A stretch of 64,000 nucleotides of DNA, from assembly GCA_963668355.1 (NCBI GenBank), contig OY764265.1, positions 1,280,001 through 1,344,000 on the forward strand, in the 5' to 3' direction. Source of the DNA: Bdellovibrionota bacterium. GTDB taxonomy: Bacteria > Bdellovibrionota_G > JALEGL01 > DATDPG01. A model generated the notes under the pieces. The model was given only the letters and a program-made list of their open reading frames with translations. It was not told the DNA's origin and ran no database searches. The translations under genes were made by a program, and so were the position numbers. Position 1 is the stretch's first letter. Every line of letters starts with the position of its first letter. Positions 55,808-64,000 of the stretch are shown piece after piece.

Positions 55808-57001
55808 ATGTTTGAGTTTGTAGAAACTACGAATGTAGCAAAAATAAAAGTGATTGGTGTCGGTGGAGGCGGCGGAAACGCTGTCAATACAATGATAACG
55901 GAAGGTTTGGCCAAGGTGGATTTTGTTGCGGCCAACACGGACCTTCAAGCATTGGATGCTTCCCGCGCGGATGTAAAGATTCCACTGGGTGGAACCCTGA
56001 CCAAAGGTTTGGGTGCGGGTGGAAATCCAGAAGTTGGACGAGAAGCCGCCATGGAAGACCGGGAACAATTGACAGACGTTCTTTCCGGAGCCGATATGGT
56101 GTTTATTACCGCCGGTATGGGTGGGGGAACAGGAACAGGCGCCGCCCCTGTCATTGCTCAAGTGGCCAAAGATTTGGGGGCGCTCACCATTGGGGTTGTG
56201 AGTCGACCTTTCGTGTTTGAAGGAAAGCGAAGGCGACAATACGCCGAACAGGGCGTCGAAGAATTAAAAAGCGTTGTGGATACGTTGATCACGATTCCGA
56301 ACCAACGCTTGATCAACATCGCGGGAGAAACAACGTCCATTTTAGATGCTTTTAAAAAAGCTGACGAAGTGTTGCTTCAAGCGGTTCAGGGAATCAGTGA
56401 CTTGATTACGATTCCTGGTTTGATCAACTTGGATTTTGCCGACGTTCGAACGATCATGAATGGCCAAGGCATGGCCATGATGGGAACCGGCGTTGCTTCG
56501 GGAGAGCGAAGAGCTTTGGAATCGACTCATCGAGCCATTTCTTCTCCGCTCTTGGAAGATGTGGATATCAGTGGTGCAACCGGCATTCTGTTGAATATCA
56601 CAGGTAGCTCCAACACCACTCTGCATGAAGTCAATGAGGCTGCGGTAGTGATTCAGGAAGCCGCACACGAAGATGCCAATATCATTTTTGGCGCTGTCAT
56701 TGATGAACGCATGGGGGATGATATTCGGATTACGGTCATTGCAACGGGATTTGATAAGGCCGTTCCGGAACCGGTGGTTTACCGGCCGACGACAGTTGCT
56801 CGTGAAAGTGCGCCGATGTCTTCAAAACCTCTTCCCGAAGAGGTCGTTCCAGAAGAAGAAAGTGCGGCTACGTCATCGTTTGTGAAAAAACGAGAAGTCG
56901 ATTCACTCGAATTTCGAAAGCGAGTCAGAGAACTCGGCCTGGAAACGTTTGAGGAAAATGAATATGACATCCCAACGTTTCTAAGAAAACAGGTCGACTA
57001 A
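55808..57001 (+). CDS. ftsZ: Cell division protein FtsZ
   Basis: [28 protein letters not shown]. Confidence 0.99.
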   Translation: MFEFVETTNVAKIKVIGVGGGGGNAVNTMITEGLAKVDFVAANTDLQALDASRADVKIPLGGTLTKGLGAGGNPEVGREAAMEDREQLTDVLSGADMVFITAGMGGGTGTGAAPVIAQVAKDLGALTIGVVSRPFVFEGKRRRQYAEQGVEELKSVVDTLITIPNQRLINIAGETTSILDAFKKADEVLLQAVQGISDLITIPGLINLDFADVRTIMNGQGMAMMGTGVASGERRALESTHRAISSPLLEDVDISGATGILLNITGSSNTTLHEVNEAAVVIQEAAHEDANIIFGAVIDERMGDDIRITVIATGFDKAVPEPVVYRPTTVARESAPMSSKPLPEEVVPEEESAATSSFVKKREVDSLEFRKRVRELGLETFEENEYDIPTFLRKQVD

Positions 57002-57016
57002 TCATTGTTAACCCCC

Positions 57017-57077
57017 GGGGCAGGGCTCATTTAGAAAAGAAGCCCACTTTTTCGAGTCCTGCCCCCTCTCCCTTTTT
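57017..57077 (+). terminator. Long hairpin, probable terminator after ftsZ
   Basis: GGGGCAGGGCTC...GAGTCCTGCCCC stem (one G-U pair) followed by a pyrimidine/T run. Confidence 0.65.
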
Positions 57078-57182
57078 AAGTCTTTCTCTTTGTTCTCTCA
57101 TGCATGATTTGGCTTTCCATTGCTGGCAAGCCTGTGCTTTACAGAAGCATTTCACCCTTCTAAACTTTCACATCGAGGCAGA

Positions 57183-58586
57183 ATGCAACATCGAATTCCC
57201 AATAAAGTACGAGCCATAAAAACCAAAGCCGACCAGGCCTATGCCCAGCAAAAATGGAAAAAGGCCTTGGGATTTTATCTGGAGCTTTGTCAAGAGATGC
57301 CGGGCGATGCTCGGATTCGACAAAGACTGGGAGACACCTTCAATCGGGCCGGGAAACAAGAAGAAGCCATATTGGAATACAAAGCCGCCGTTTCGATCTA
57401 TTCCAACGACGGTTTTTGGGCAAAGGCCATCGCATTGAATAAAATGATTCTAACGATCGACCCACAGGATCTCGAGGTTCAGAGGAAATTAGCCGATATG
57501 TATGCACAGCAGGATACAAGTTCGGTGACCAATCCCGAGGCAAAACCCTTGGTTGATTCTCCCCCTAAGAAAGCGCTGGAAAATGCGGCCATTTCCATTT
57601 CGGGGTTGGAGCCTCGCGATTTCGAAACATCGCCCGAAGAACATGGGTTTCTTGGAGGTACGATTTCGATTTCTGGAGAACAGCCCCGGTCGATGGATGA
57701 ACCTGAACAGATTGAATCTTTGGAGGAGCACCTCGGAGTTCCCCTTCAAGCGTCTCGCTCCATTCCATTGCTCTCCGAAATGAGTCCAGACGAATTCACG
57801 GCCGTTCTGGATCGGCTGACTGTCCGACACGTTTCCTCAGGGAGCGTAATCTGTAAAGAAGGGGGGCCTGGTGATTCCATGTTCATTTTGTCTGAAGGCG
57901 TGGTGGATGTAAGCACGGTAGATAAACGGGGCACACGGGTTTCATTGTGCCAATTGCATGGTGGTGATTTTTTTGGGGAATATAGTCTGCTCACCAAAAA
58001 ACCGAGAAATGCCACGGTTCAAGCTTCCTCGGATGTCGAATTATTGGAGATTTCTTGGGATGACTTTGAGTTCATTGCCGCTCGGTATCCGAGAGTGTGG
58101 AATATTTTAGAGGACTACCTTCGGAATCGAATGATGGACGGGATTCTGCAACGCTCTCCCGTCTTCCGAGTTCTTTCTCCGGATGAACGGCAAGAACTCC
58201 TGAAATTGGTGAATACGCAACGGGTTAAGAGTGGAGACCTCGTGATGGAAGAAGGCTCCCCAGGAGATCAGATGTATTTCGTAAAATCCGGAACCCTGGG
58301 TGTGACGATTGTGCAAAAGAAAGAGCATCTGAGTGTGGGAGAGCTTCAGCCAGGAGACTATTTTGGAGAAGTTTCTCTTCTGACCGGAAAGCCACGTACA
58401 GCAACCGTTATGGCCAAAACAGATTGTGAATTGTTTGTCTTGACGCGTGTGGATGCCGCCCCTGTATTCAAGAAAAATCGAGATCTTTTGGTTCGCTTGA
58501 AAGAGGAAATGGTTTCTCGGGCCCAAGAGACAGCCGATGCGTTTCAAAGCTATCAAGAGGCACGAAAAACACTCGACCTGGTTTGA
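57183..58586 (+). CDS. TPR plus tandem cyclic-nucleotide-binding domain protein
   Basis: N-terminal TPR; FFGEYSLL...PRNATV and YFGEVSLL.G.PRTATV; likely ATG 57183. Confidence 0.9.
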   Translation: MQHRIPNKVRAIKTKADQAYAQQKWKKALGFYLELCQEMPGDARIRQRLGDTFNRAGKQEEAILEYKAAVSIYSNDGFWAKAIALNKMILTIDPQDLEVQRKLADMYAQQDTSSVTNPEAKPLVDSPPKKALENAAISISGLEPRDFETSPEEHGFLGGTISISGEQPRSMDEPEQIESLEEHLGVPLQASRSIPLLSEMSPDEFTAVLDRLTVRHVSSGSVICKEGGPGDSMFILSEGVVDVSTVDKRGTRVSLCQLHGGDFFGEYSLLTKKPRNATVQASSDVELLEISWDDFEFIAARYPRVWNILEDYLRNRMMDGILQRSPVFRVLSPDERQELLKLVNTQRVKSGDLVMEEGSPGDQMYFVKSGTLGVTIVQKKEHLSVGELQPGDYFGEVSLLTGKPRTATVMAKTDCELFVLTRVDAAPVFKKNRDLLVRLKEEMVSRAQETADAFQSYQEARKTLDLV

Positions 58587-58597
58587 GTCTTTGACAA

Positions 58598-60259
58598 CTA
58601 TCTTCGACTGGCGCGTCTTCGACGCGTGCTCCGACTAGATTTCTTACGTTTGGACCTGTCTGGGGCTGAGCTTTTATCAATCTTAGCCACGGAGTTTTCA
58701 TAAAGGTCGCGTACACTTCGCGTGAGGTGGCTATCTGGGAACTGATCAAAGAATGCAAGGGATCCAGAGATGACTTGGTTATCTAGACTTTCTTGGGAAA
58801 GAATTTTCAAAAATTCAACGTGGTCTTTTTCGGTGCCTTGGTTGCCGGAAAGGATGTCCTGGTACACTTGTTTGGCAGCCAAGAGATCTCCCTTTTCTCG
58901 AAGAATTTCGGCAAGCTTTCTCTGGTACGTAAAAGGTGTTTGGCTGCGGTCAATCAATTTTCTCAGGAATGCGGCGGCTTCAGCATGTTTCTGTTGCTTT
59001 TCAAAGAGGGAGACAAACGTTTCCAGCAGTTGGATATTGTTGGGATCCTTCTTCAGAGCATCGTAAAGATGAAGCGTCGCTTTTCCGTAATCCTTTGTGG
59101 CTAAAGCGATTTGAGCCAAAAGAACCTTGGTCGGTAAATCCTTTTCGAGTTGCTGCTTTCTATTCTCCAGGAATTCAATGGCTGCTTTGGCTCCCTGGCT
59201 CAACCAGATGTGTTTGGCTCTCAAACGAATGATGGCCGGATGGTCTGGATTTCGTTTTTCGGCATAAGCCAACATTTTCGAAGCGTTGATTAAGTCCGTT
59301 TCGGAGGGAGAGAGTGCGGCCCGGTTTAACCATCCTTCTGTGGCTCCCAATAGCGCGGAAAAATGTGTGGGTTCCAAAGAAAGAGCTCCTAGAAAACCCG
59401 AAATGCCGGCGGAGATCACTTTGGAATTTTTTCCTTCAATGGCCTGACTGGATTCCAAGAGCATTTCTTCCAGGGACTTTGTTGTTGGCTGTGCTTGGGT
59501 TAAGACGCTCTGAAACCAATCTTGTTCTTTCTGGTTTTGCCAGTTTTTCCACATGACAGGTCCATTCGAGGCGAAGAAAGCCAAAGCAGCCCCAGCACCC
59601 ACAAAGAGAAACATTTCAAAGATAAAGTTGAAGAGTTTTTCGCCAGACTTCTTTTTGGGAGGGCGAGAATGTTCTAGATAATTTTGGGCCTCAGCGATTT
59701 TTTCATCATTTCCAAACATATCCGCAGTGCCTGGATATTGATCAATGCGGAAACGGGAACCGTCCGGCGAAATGATGATGTCTTTTCCTCGAATTTCACC
59801 TCGTTCAATGGCCGCACGCAGCGCAGAACAATAGTGAAACGTAAACTGTTTTCCCCGACGACCTTCCACCACCCATTGCGACTCTTCATACTCTTCCATG
59901 AATTGAGCGTGAGCACTTAAAGGTTTCTTTTCTGGTTCGTGAGAGGTTTTGGAAAAAGGAACTTTCCCCGTCGGACGTGACCTGTATTCACATCCCACCA
60001 GCTCGACCACTTCCATGTCTTGGTCCGTGTGAATTTTCTCGATGGAAATACCCCGATCACATTGGGGGCAATGGGTTTGAAAGGGTTGAGAATTGTAGGC
60101 GCTCTCAGAAACCGTAAACACGTAGTCACAATCCAGGCAGACAAAATAGGTTCCCCGAAACTTCGCGGGGGCGGGATTGCTGGAAGCGAGATCCGACACA
60201 GAAGACCCCTTGATTCGGGTTTCCGGTCGGGAAAATAATTCTTGATCCAAAAATTCCAT
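58598..60259 (-). CDS. Zinc-ribbon / GYF_2-like / TM / TPR protein
   Basis: CLDC..CPQC; WVV....KQFTF....LRAAIERGEI...D.IS.DG; TM helix; TPR-like helices. Confidence 0.75.
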   Translation of the reverse strand: MEFLDQELFSRPETRIKGSSVSDLASSNPAPAKFRGTYFVCLDCDYVFTVSESAYNSQPFQTHCPQCDRGISIEKIHTDQDMEVVELVGCEYRSRPTGKVPFSKTSHEPEKKPLSAHAQFMEEYEESQWVVEGRRGKQFTFHYCSALRAAIERGEIRGKDIIISPDGSRFRIDQYPGTADMFGNDEKIAEAQNYLEHSRPPKKKSGEKLFNFIFEMFLFVGAGAALAFFASNGPVMWKNWQNQKEQDWFQSVLTQAQPTTKSLEEMLLESSQAIEGKNSKVISAGISGFLGALSLEPTHFSALLGATEGWLNRAALSPSETDLINASKMLAYAEKRNPDHPAIIRLRAKHIWLSQGAKAAIEFLENRKQQLEKDLPTKVLLAQIALATKDYGKATLHLYDALKKDPNNIQLLETFVSLFEKQQKHAEAAAFLRKLIDRSQTPFTYQRKLAEILREKGDLLAAKQVYQDILSGNQGTEKDHVEFLKILSQESLDNQVISGSLAFFDQFPDSHLTRSVRDLYENSVAKIDKSSAPDRSKRKKSSRSTRRRRASRR

Positions 60260-60276
60260 CGTTTCTTCCTAAAAAG

Positions 60277-60330
60277 AGCAGCGATCGTGCCAGTTTTGGA
60301 AACTCAAATGCTGAGCCTAACCACTTGAAA
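60277..60330 (-). promoter_or_regulatory. Sigma-54 promoter with IHF-like site
   Basis: Minus strand TGGCACGATCGCTGCT (60292-60277) and TTTCAAGTGGTTA (60330-60318). Confidence 0.75.
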
Positions 60331-60551
60331 ATATAAGGACTTTAGATCCAACTCCCAAGTAAGTAAGGCGAAACATGGCTCAAAGCGTAACTTTTGTTGG
60401 GTTTTGAACGGTGAAGAAAGGGGCTGGAGGAAGGGGGGGGCGATGCCCCTAAAATTACACGCAAAATTCCGGTCGGAAGCATGACCCAGCAGGTTGCCAA
60501 CCCCCAACCTTTTGTTTACAAGGATTTCGAATTTATTGGAGGAAACAAATT

Positions 60552-61664
60552 ATGATCATCGGAATTCCAAAAGAAATTAAACCTCAAGAAAATCGCGTCG
60601 GAATGATTCCAGCGGGAGTGCGAACACTCACGGAAGTCGGGGCCGAAGTGCTTGTTGAAAAAGGAGCGGGCTTAGGCAGTGGATTTACAGACGACGAATA
60701 TCAAGAAATGGGCGCGAAGATTATCCCGACGGCGGATGAGGTTTGGAAATCTTCCGATATGATCATCAAAGTGAAGGAACCGATTGCTCCTGAATACGAT
60801 CGAATTCAGCAGAAGCAAGTGATCTACACATATTTGCATTTGGCTGTGGCTCCGGAATTGGGAGATGTTCTTTTGAAAAAAGAAGCCACGGGAATTGCCT
60901 ATGAAACCATTCAGCTTGAAGATGGGTCCTTACCTCTGCTGAAACCCATGAGCGAAGTGGCCGGAAAAATGTCCGTACAAGCGGGCGCGACTCATTTACA
61001 AAGAGAGCACGGAGGTAGAGGTGTTCTTTTGGGTGGTGTTCCCGGAGTTCGACGAGGAAAAGTTACCATTCTCGGTGGAGGAATCGTCGGAACGAATGCC
61101 GCAAAGATTGCCGTAGGAATGGGCGCGAACGTGACCATCATTGATGTGAATGTTGATCGTTTGGAATATTTGGATGACATCTTTAGCAGCAAAATTACGA
61201 CGCTTAAGTCCAACTCTCAAAACATTGAGGAAGCGGTTTTGGATTCGGACTTGGTTGTAGGAGGAGTGTTGATTGCTGGAGCCAAAGCTCCAAAATTGGT
61301 GGACCGAGCATTGATTTCCAAAATGCGTCCGGGATCGGTGGTTGTAGATGTTGCCGTGGATCAAGGCGGATGCGTGGAAACGTGTAAGCCCACTACCCAT
61401 CAAAATCCGACCTATGTGGTGGATGGAGTTGTTCATTATTGCGTAGCCAATATGCCAGGAGCGGTTTCTCATTCTTCTACGTTTGCTTTGACGAACGCGA
61501 CGCTGTCGTATGCAAAACGTTTCGTAGAATTGGGTGTTATGGAAGCCATCTCCCAAGATCCAGCACTGGTTCCTGGTGTAAATACCTATGCGGGGTATGT
61601 GACACATAAAGCTGTGGCCGAAGGTTTGGGAAAAGAATATCGGTCGCTTTCGTCATTATTGTAA
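60552..61664 (+). CDS. ald: Alanine dehydrogenase
   Basis: [40 protein letters not shown]. Confidence 0.98.
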   Translation: MIIGIPKEIKPQENRVGMIPAGVRTLTEVGAEVLVEKGAGLGSGFTDDEYQEMGAKIIPTADEVWKSSDMIIKVKEPIAPEYDRIQQKQVIYTYLHLAVAPELGDVLLKKEATGIAYETIQLEDGSLPLLKPMSEVAGKMSVQAGATHLQREHGGRGVLLGGVPGVRRGKVTILGGGIVGTNAAKIAVGMGANVTIIDVNVDRLEYLDDIFSSKITTLKSNSQNIEEAVLDSDLVVGGVLIAGAKAPKLVDRALISKMRPGSVVVDVAVDQGGCVETCKPTTHQNPTYVVDGVVHYCVANMPGAVSHSSTFALTNATLSYAKRFVELGVMEAISQDPALVPGVNTYAGYVTHKAVAEGLGKEYRSLSSLL

Positions 61665-61689
61665 ATTTTTCGATGGCATTGGAGAGATC

Positions 61690-62856
61690 ATGGCAGCCAT
61701 AGAGCATGTAGACTTTCTTCATTTTGACGAGCTTCTTTCCGAAGAAGAACGCATGGTGAGGGATACCGTCCGGGAATTCACCACCGACAAGGTTCTTCCG
61801 GTCATTACAGATCACTATCGAAATGGAACCTTTCCCATGGACTTGATTCCGCAAATGGGAGAGTTGGGTCTTCTGGGCGCAAACCTGGAAGGGTACGAAT
61901 GTGCAGGGATGAACAATGTGGCCTATGGCTTGGCCATGCAAGAGCTTGAACGCGGGGACTCGGGCATTCGGAGTTTTTGTTCTGTCCAAGGTGGCTTGGT
62001 GATGTTTCCCATTCGGGAATTTGGAACGGAAGAGCAAAAGAAAAAATGGCTGCCTCTCTTGGCGCGCGGCGAAAAGATCGGTTGTTTTGGATTGACGGAA
62101 CCCGACCATGGTTCGGATCCCGGTGGAATGATCACTCGGGCTGAAAAGAAAGGGAAGAAGTGGATTCTTCACGGAAATAAATATTGGATCACCAATGGAA
62201 CCATGGCGGACCTTGCTGTGGTATGGGCCAAGACTGAGGATGGCATCCGTGGTTTTCTGGTTGAAAAAGGAACGCCCGGTTTCACCCAAAGTCAGATCAA
62301 AGGAAAACTTTCGTTGAGAGCTTCCGATACAGCTGAGCTTTCGTTAGAGAATGTTGAAATTCCCGAAGAAAACTTATTGCCAGGGGTCAAGGGATTGAAA
62401 GGTCCTTTGAGTTGCTTGAGTCAGGCGAGATATTCCATTGCCTGGGGCGCCCTGGGTGCTGCCGATGCATGCTTCGAAGAAGCGTTGGCCTACGCAAAGG
62501 AACGAACCCAGTTTGACAAGCCCATTGCAGGGTTTCAGTTGGTTCAAAACAAACTCAGCTGGATGGCCACAGAAATTACGAAAGGCCGACTACTGGGCTA
62601 CCGAGTGGCGCAGTTGAAAGATCAAGGCAAATGCGAATTCCAAATGATTTCCATGGCCAAGATGAACAATGTGTGGATGGCTTTGGAGTGTGCCCGTAAG
62701 AGTCGAGATGTTCTTGGGGCGAATGGAATTTTGGATGAATATGCCTCGATGAGACATATGAATAACCTGGAATCGGTTTATACCTACGAGGGCACCCACG
62801 ACATTCACAATTTGATTGTCGCGCAGAAGTTAACGGGAATCGCGGCCTACGTTTGA
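61690..62856 (+). CDS. gcdH: Acyl-CoA dehydrogenase, glutaryl-CoA dehydrogenase type
   Basis: ELERGDSGIRS..SVQ, GCFGLTEPDHGSDP, WITN, NLESVYTYEGTHDIH. Confidence 0.85.
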   Translation: MAAIEHVDFLHFDELLSEEERMVRDTVREFTTDKVLPVITDHYRNGTFPMDLIPQMGELGLLGANLEGYECAGMNNVAYGLAMQELERGDSGIRSFCSVQGGLVMFPIREFGTEEQKKKWLPLLARGEKIGCFGLTEPDHGSDPGGMITRAEKKGKKWILHGNKYWITNGTMADLAVVWAKTEDGIRGFLVEKGTPGFTQSQIKGKLSLRASDTAELSLENVEIPEENLLPGVKGLKGPLSCLSQARYSIAWGALGAADACFEEALAYAKERTQFDKPIAGFQLVQNKLSWMATEITKGRLLGYRVAQLKDQGKCEFQMISMAKMNNVWMALECARKSRDVLGANGILDEYASMRHMNNLESVYTYEGTHDIHNLIVAQKLTGIAAYV

Positions 62857-63740
62857 TTGCCGAACTCAAAGCGTCCGGTACATATGATCTAAAGTCGGTG
62901 GTCTTCAGCCATGGATGGAGTGATTTGGCTCCTTTTCGAGTCCTTTCTTCAAATGGCGAAATCGAAACCACTCTTCACGGGAAAGGCCTCCCTGTTTCAG
63001 TTTGCTTGGAGCCGATTCCAAACGGTTGCCGCGTTCGATCGACCAAGAAATTGTCGAAACAAAACATCCTAGACGTGCGTTGGATGTTTCGCCTGGATTG
63101 TGACCTTTCAGATTTTTATCGGTTGGCAAAGAACAATCATCGGAAGTGGATTGTGGAGAGGAAAATGGGCCGGCTTCTTCGTTCGCAGACCGTTTTTGAG
63201 GATCTCATCAAATTGATTTTGACCACCAATTGCAATTGGCAATTCACGCGTCTCATGGTGGAAAATTTGATGAAGTTGGTTGGAAATAACGGCCTTTTCC
63301 CGACCCCGGAAGCGTTGGCCAAGAAGACAGAAGCCTTTTATCGAACCAAGATTCGATCGGGATATCGCTCTCCACATCTTCGAAGCATTGGGAAAATGAT
63401 TGTAAGCGGAAAGTTGAATCCGGAAAGTTGGAGAAACTCCCCGCTCCCCACGGCGGAGCTTAGGAAAGAAATCTTGAAGGTTCCGGGGGCGGGTCCCTAT
63501 GTTGCAGACAATTTGTTGAAGTTTTTAGGGCGAAACGAATTTTTGGGGTTGGACAGCTGGGCTCGCGCGAAGTTGAAACAGGAGTGGCGTTTAAAAAAAG
63601 CGCCTTCTGACAAAGAAATTTCCAGAACATATGAAATATTCGGAGCGTACAAAGGGTTGATGCTTTGGTGTGATCTCACCAAAGATTGGCTCGAGTCCGA
63701 CGAATTCGATTCGTGGATTCGAACGGACGAAGTCTTATAG
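62853..63740 (+). CDS. HhH-GPD DNA glycosylase family protein
   Basis: SHGW..LAPF, FEDLIK.I.TTNCNW, FPTP, GYR, PGAGPY (HhH), LDSW. Confidence 0.8.
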   Translation: MIAELKASGTYDLKSVVFSHGWSDLAPFRVLSSNGEIETTLHGKGLPVSVCLEPIPNGCRVRSTKKLSKQNILDVRWMFRLDCDLSDFYRLAKNNHRKWIVERKMGRLLRSQTVFEDLIKLILTTNCNWQFTRLMVENLMKLVGNNGLFPTPEALAKKTEAFYRTKIRSGYRSPHLRSIGKMIVSGKLNPESWRNSPLPTAELRKEILKVPGAGPYVADNLLKFLGRNEFLGLDSWARAKLKQEWRLKKAPSDKEISRTYEIFGAYKGLMLWCDLTKDWLESDEFDSWIRTDEVL

Positions 63741-63750
63741 GATAGATGAC

Positions 63751-64000
63751 TTAATAAGCCCAGCGGAGCAGAACCGAACCCCACGTAAAACCCGCTCCAA
63801 AAGAGGTGAGGAGTACCAGGTCTCCTTTTTTCAATTGGCCCTGGTCGGCGGCTTGAACCAGGCAGGTGGGCAGCGTGGCGGCTGTGGTGTTGCCAAATTT
63901 GTCGATGTTGATGACCACTTTGTTGTCTGGAAGGCCCAGTTTCTTTTGCGTGGACTCAATGATTCTCAAGTTGGCTTGATGAGGAACGAAAAGATCCAAA
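63751..64000 (-). CDS. fabH: Beta-ketoacyl-ACP synthase III (C-terminal part)
   Basis: [22 protein letters not shown]. Confidence 0.93.
   Translation of the reverse strand, partial: LDLFVPHQANLRIIESTQKKLGLPDNKVVINIDKFGNTTAATLPTCLVQAADQGQLKKGDLVLLTSFGAGFTWGSVLLRWAY

Overview
Bacterial chromosomal window. The gene style (Myxococcus-type pilin, zinc-ribbon/GYF/TPR protein, sigma-54 promoters) suggests a deltaproteobacteria-like lineage (Bdellovibrionota/Myxococcota relatives); this is inference. The right half is housekeeping: rplU-rpmA-obgE-rsfS-rlmH, a REC-PilZ protein, a type IV pilin, the dcw cluster mraZ to ftsZ (no murB or ddl), ald, an acyl-CoA dehydrogenase, a DNA glycosylase and partial fabH. 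The left half holds three accessory systems. (1) 1-6.7 kb: an ATP-grasp ligase and MFS exporter, divergent from an orphan peptide-binding protein, hybrid kinase and GNAT. (2) 7.3-18.4 kb: a sigma-54-driven island of almost entirely secreted proteins, including a three-member paralog family with Gly-rich amphipathic hairpins (possible pore formers), two transglutaminase-like enzymes and two pseudo-enzymes. (3) 19.7-34.9 kb, the best candidate for a new system: a RiPP cluster with a lasso-type YxxPxL leader on a Pro/Ala/Gly-rich precursor, RRE, radical SAM, HPr-kinase-like kinase, acyltransferase, nucleotidyltransferase and S24/S26 peptidase, but no lasso cyclase. A duplicated pair of large Ig-like surface lipoproteins lies inside it. 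No rRNA, tRNA, CRISPR or transposase was seen. All family calls come from motif recognition by eye; no searches were run.
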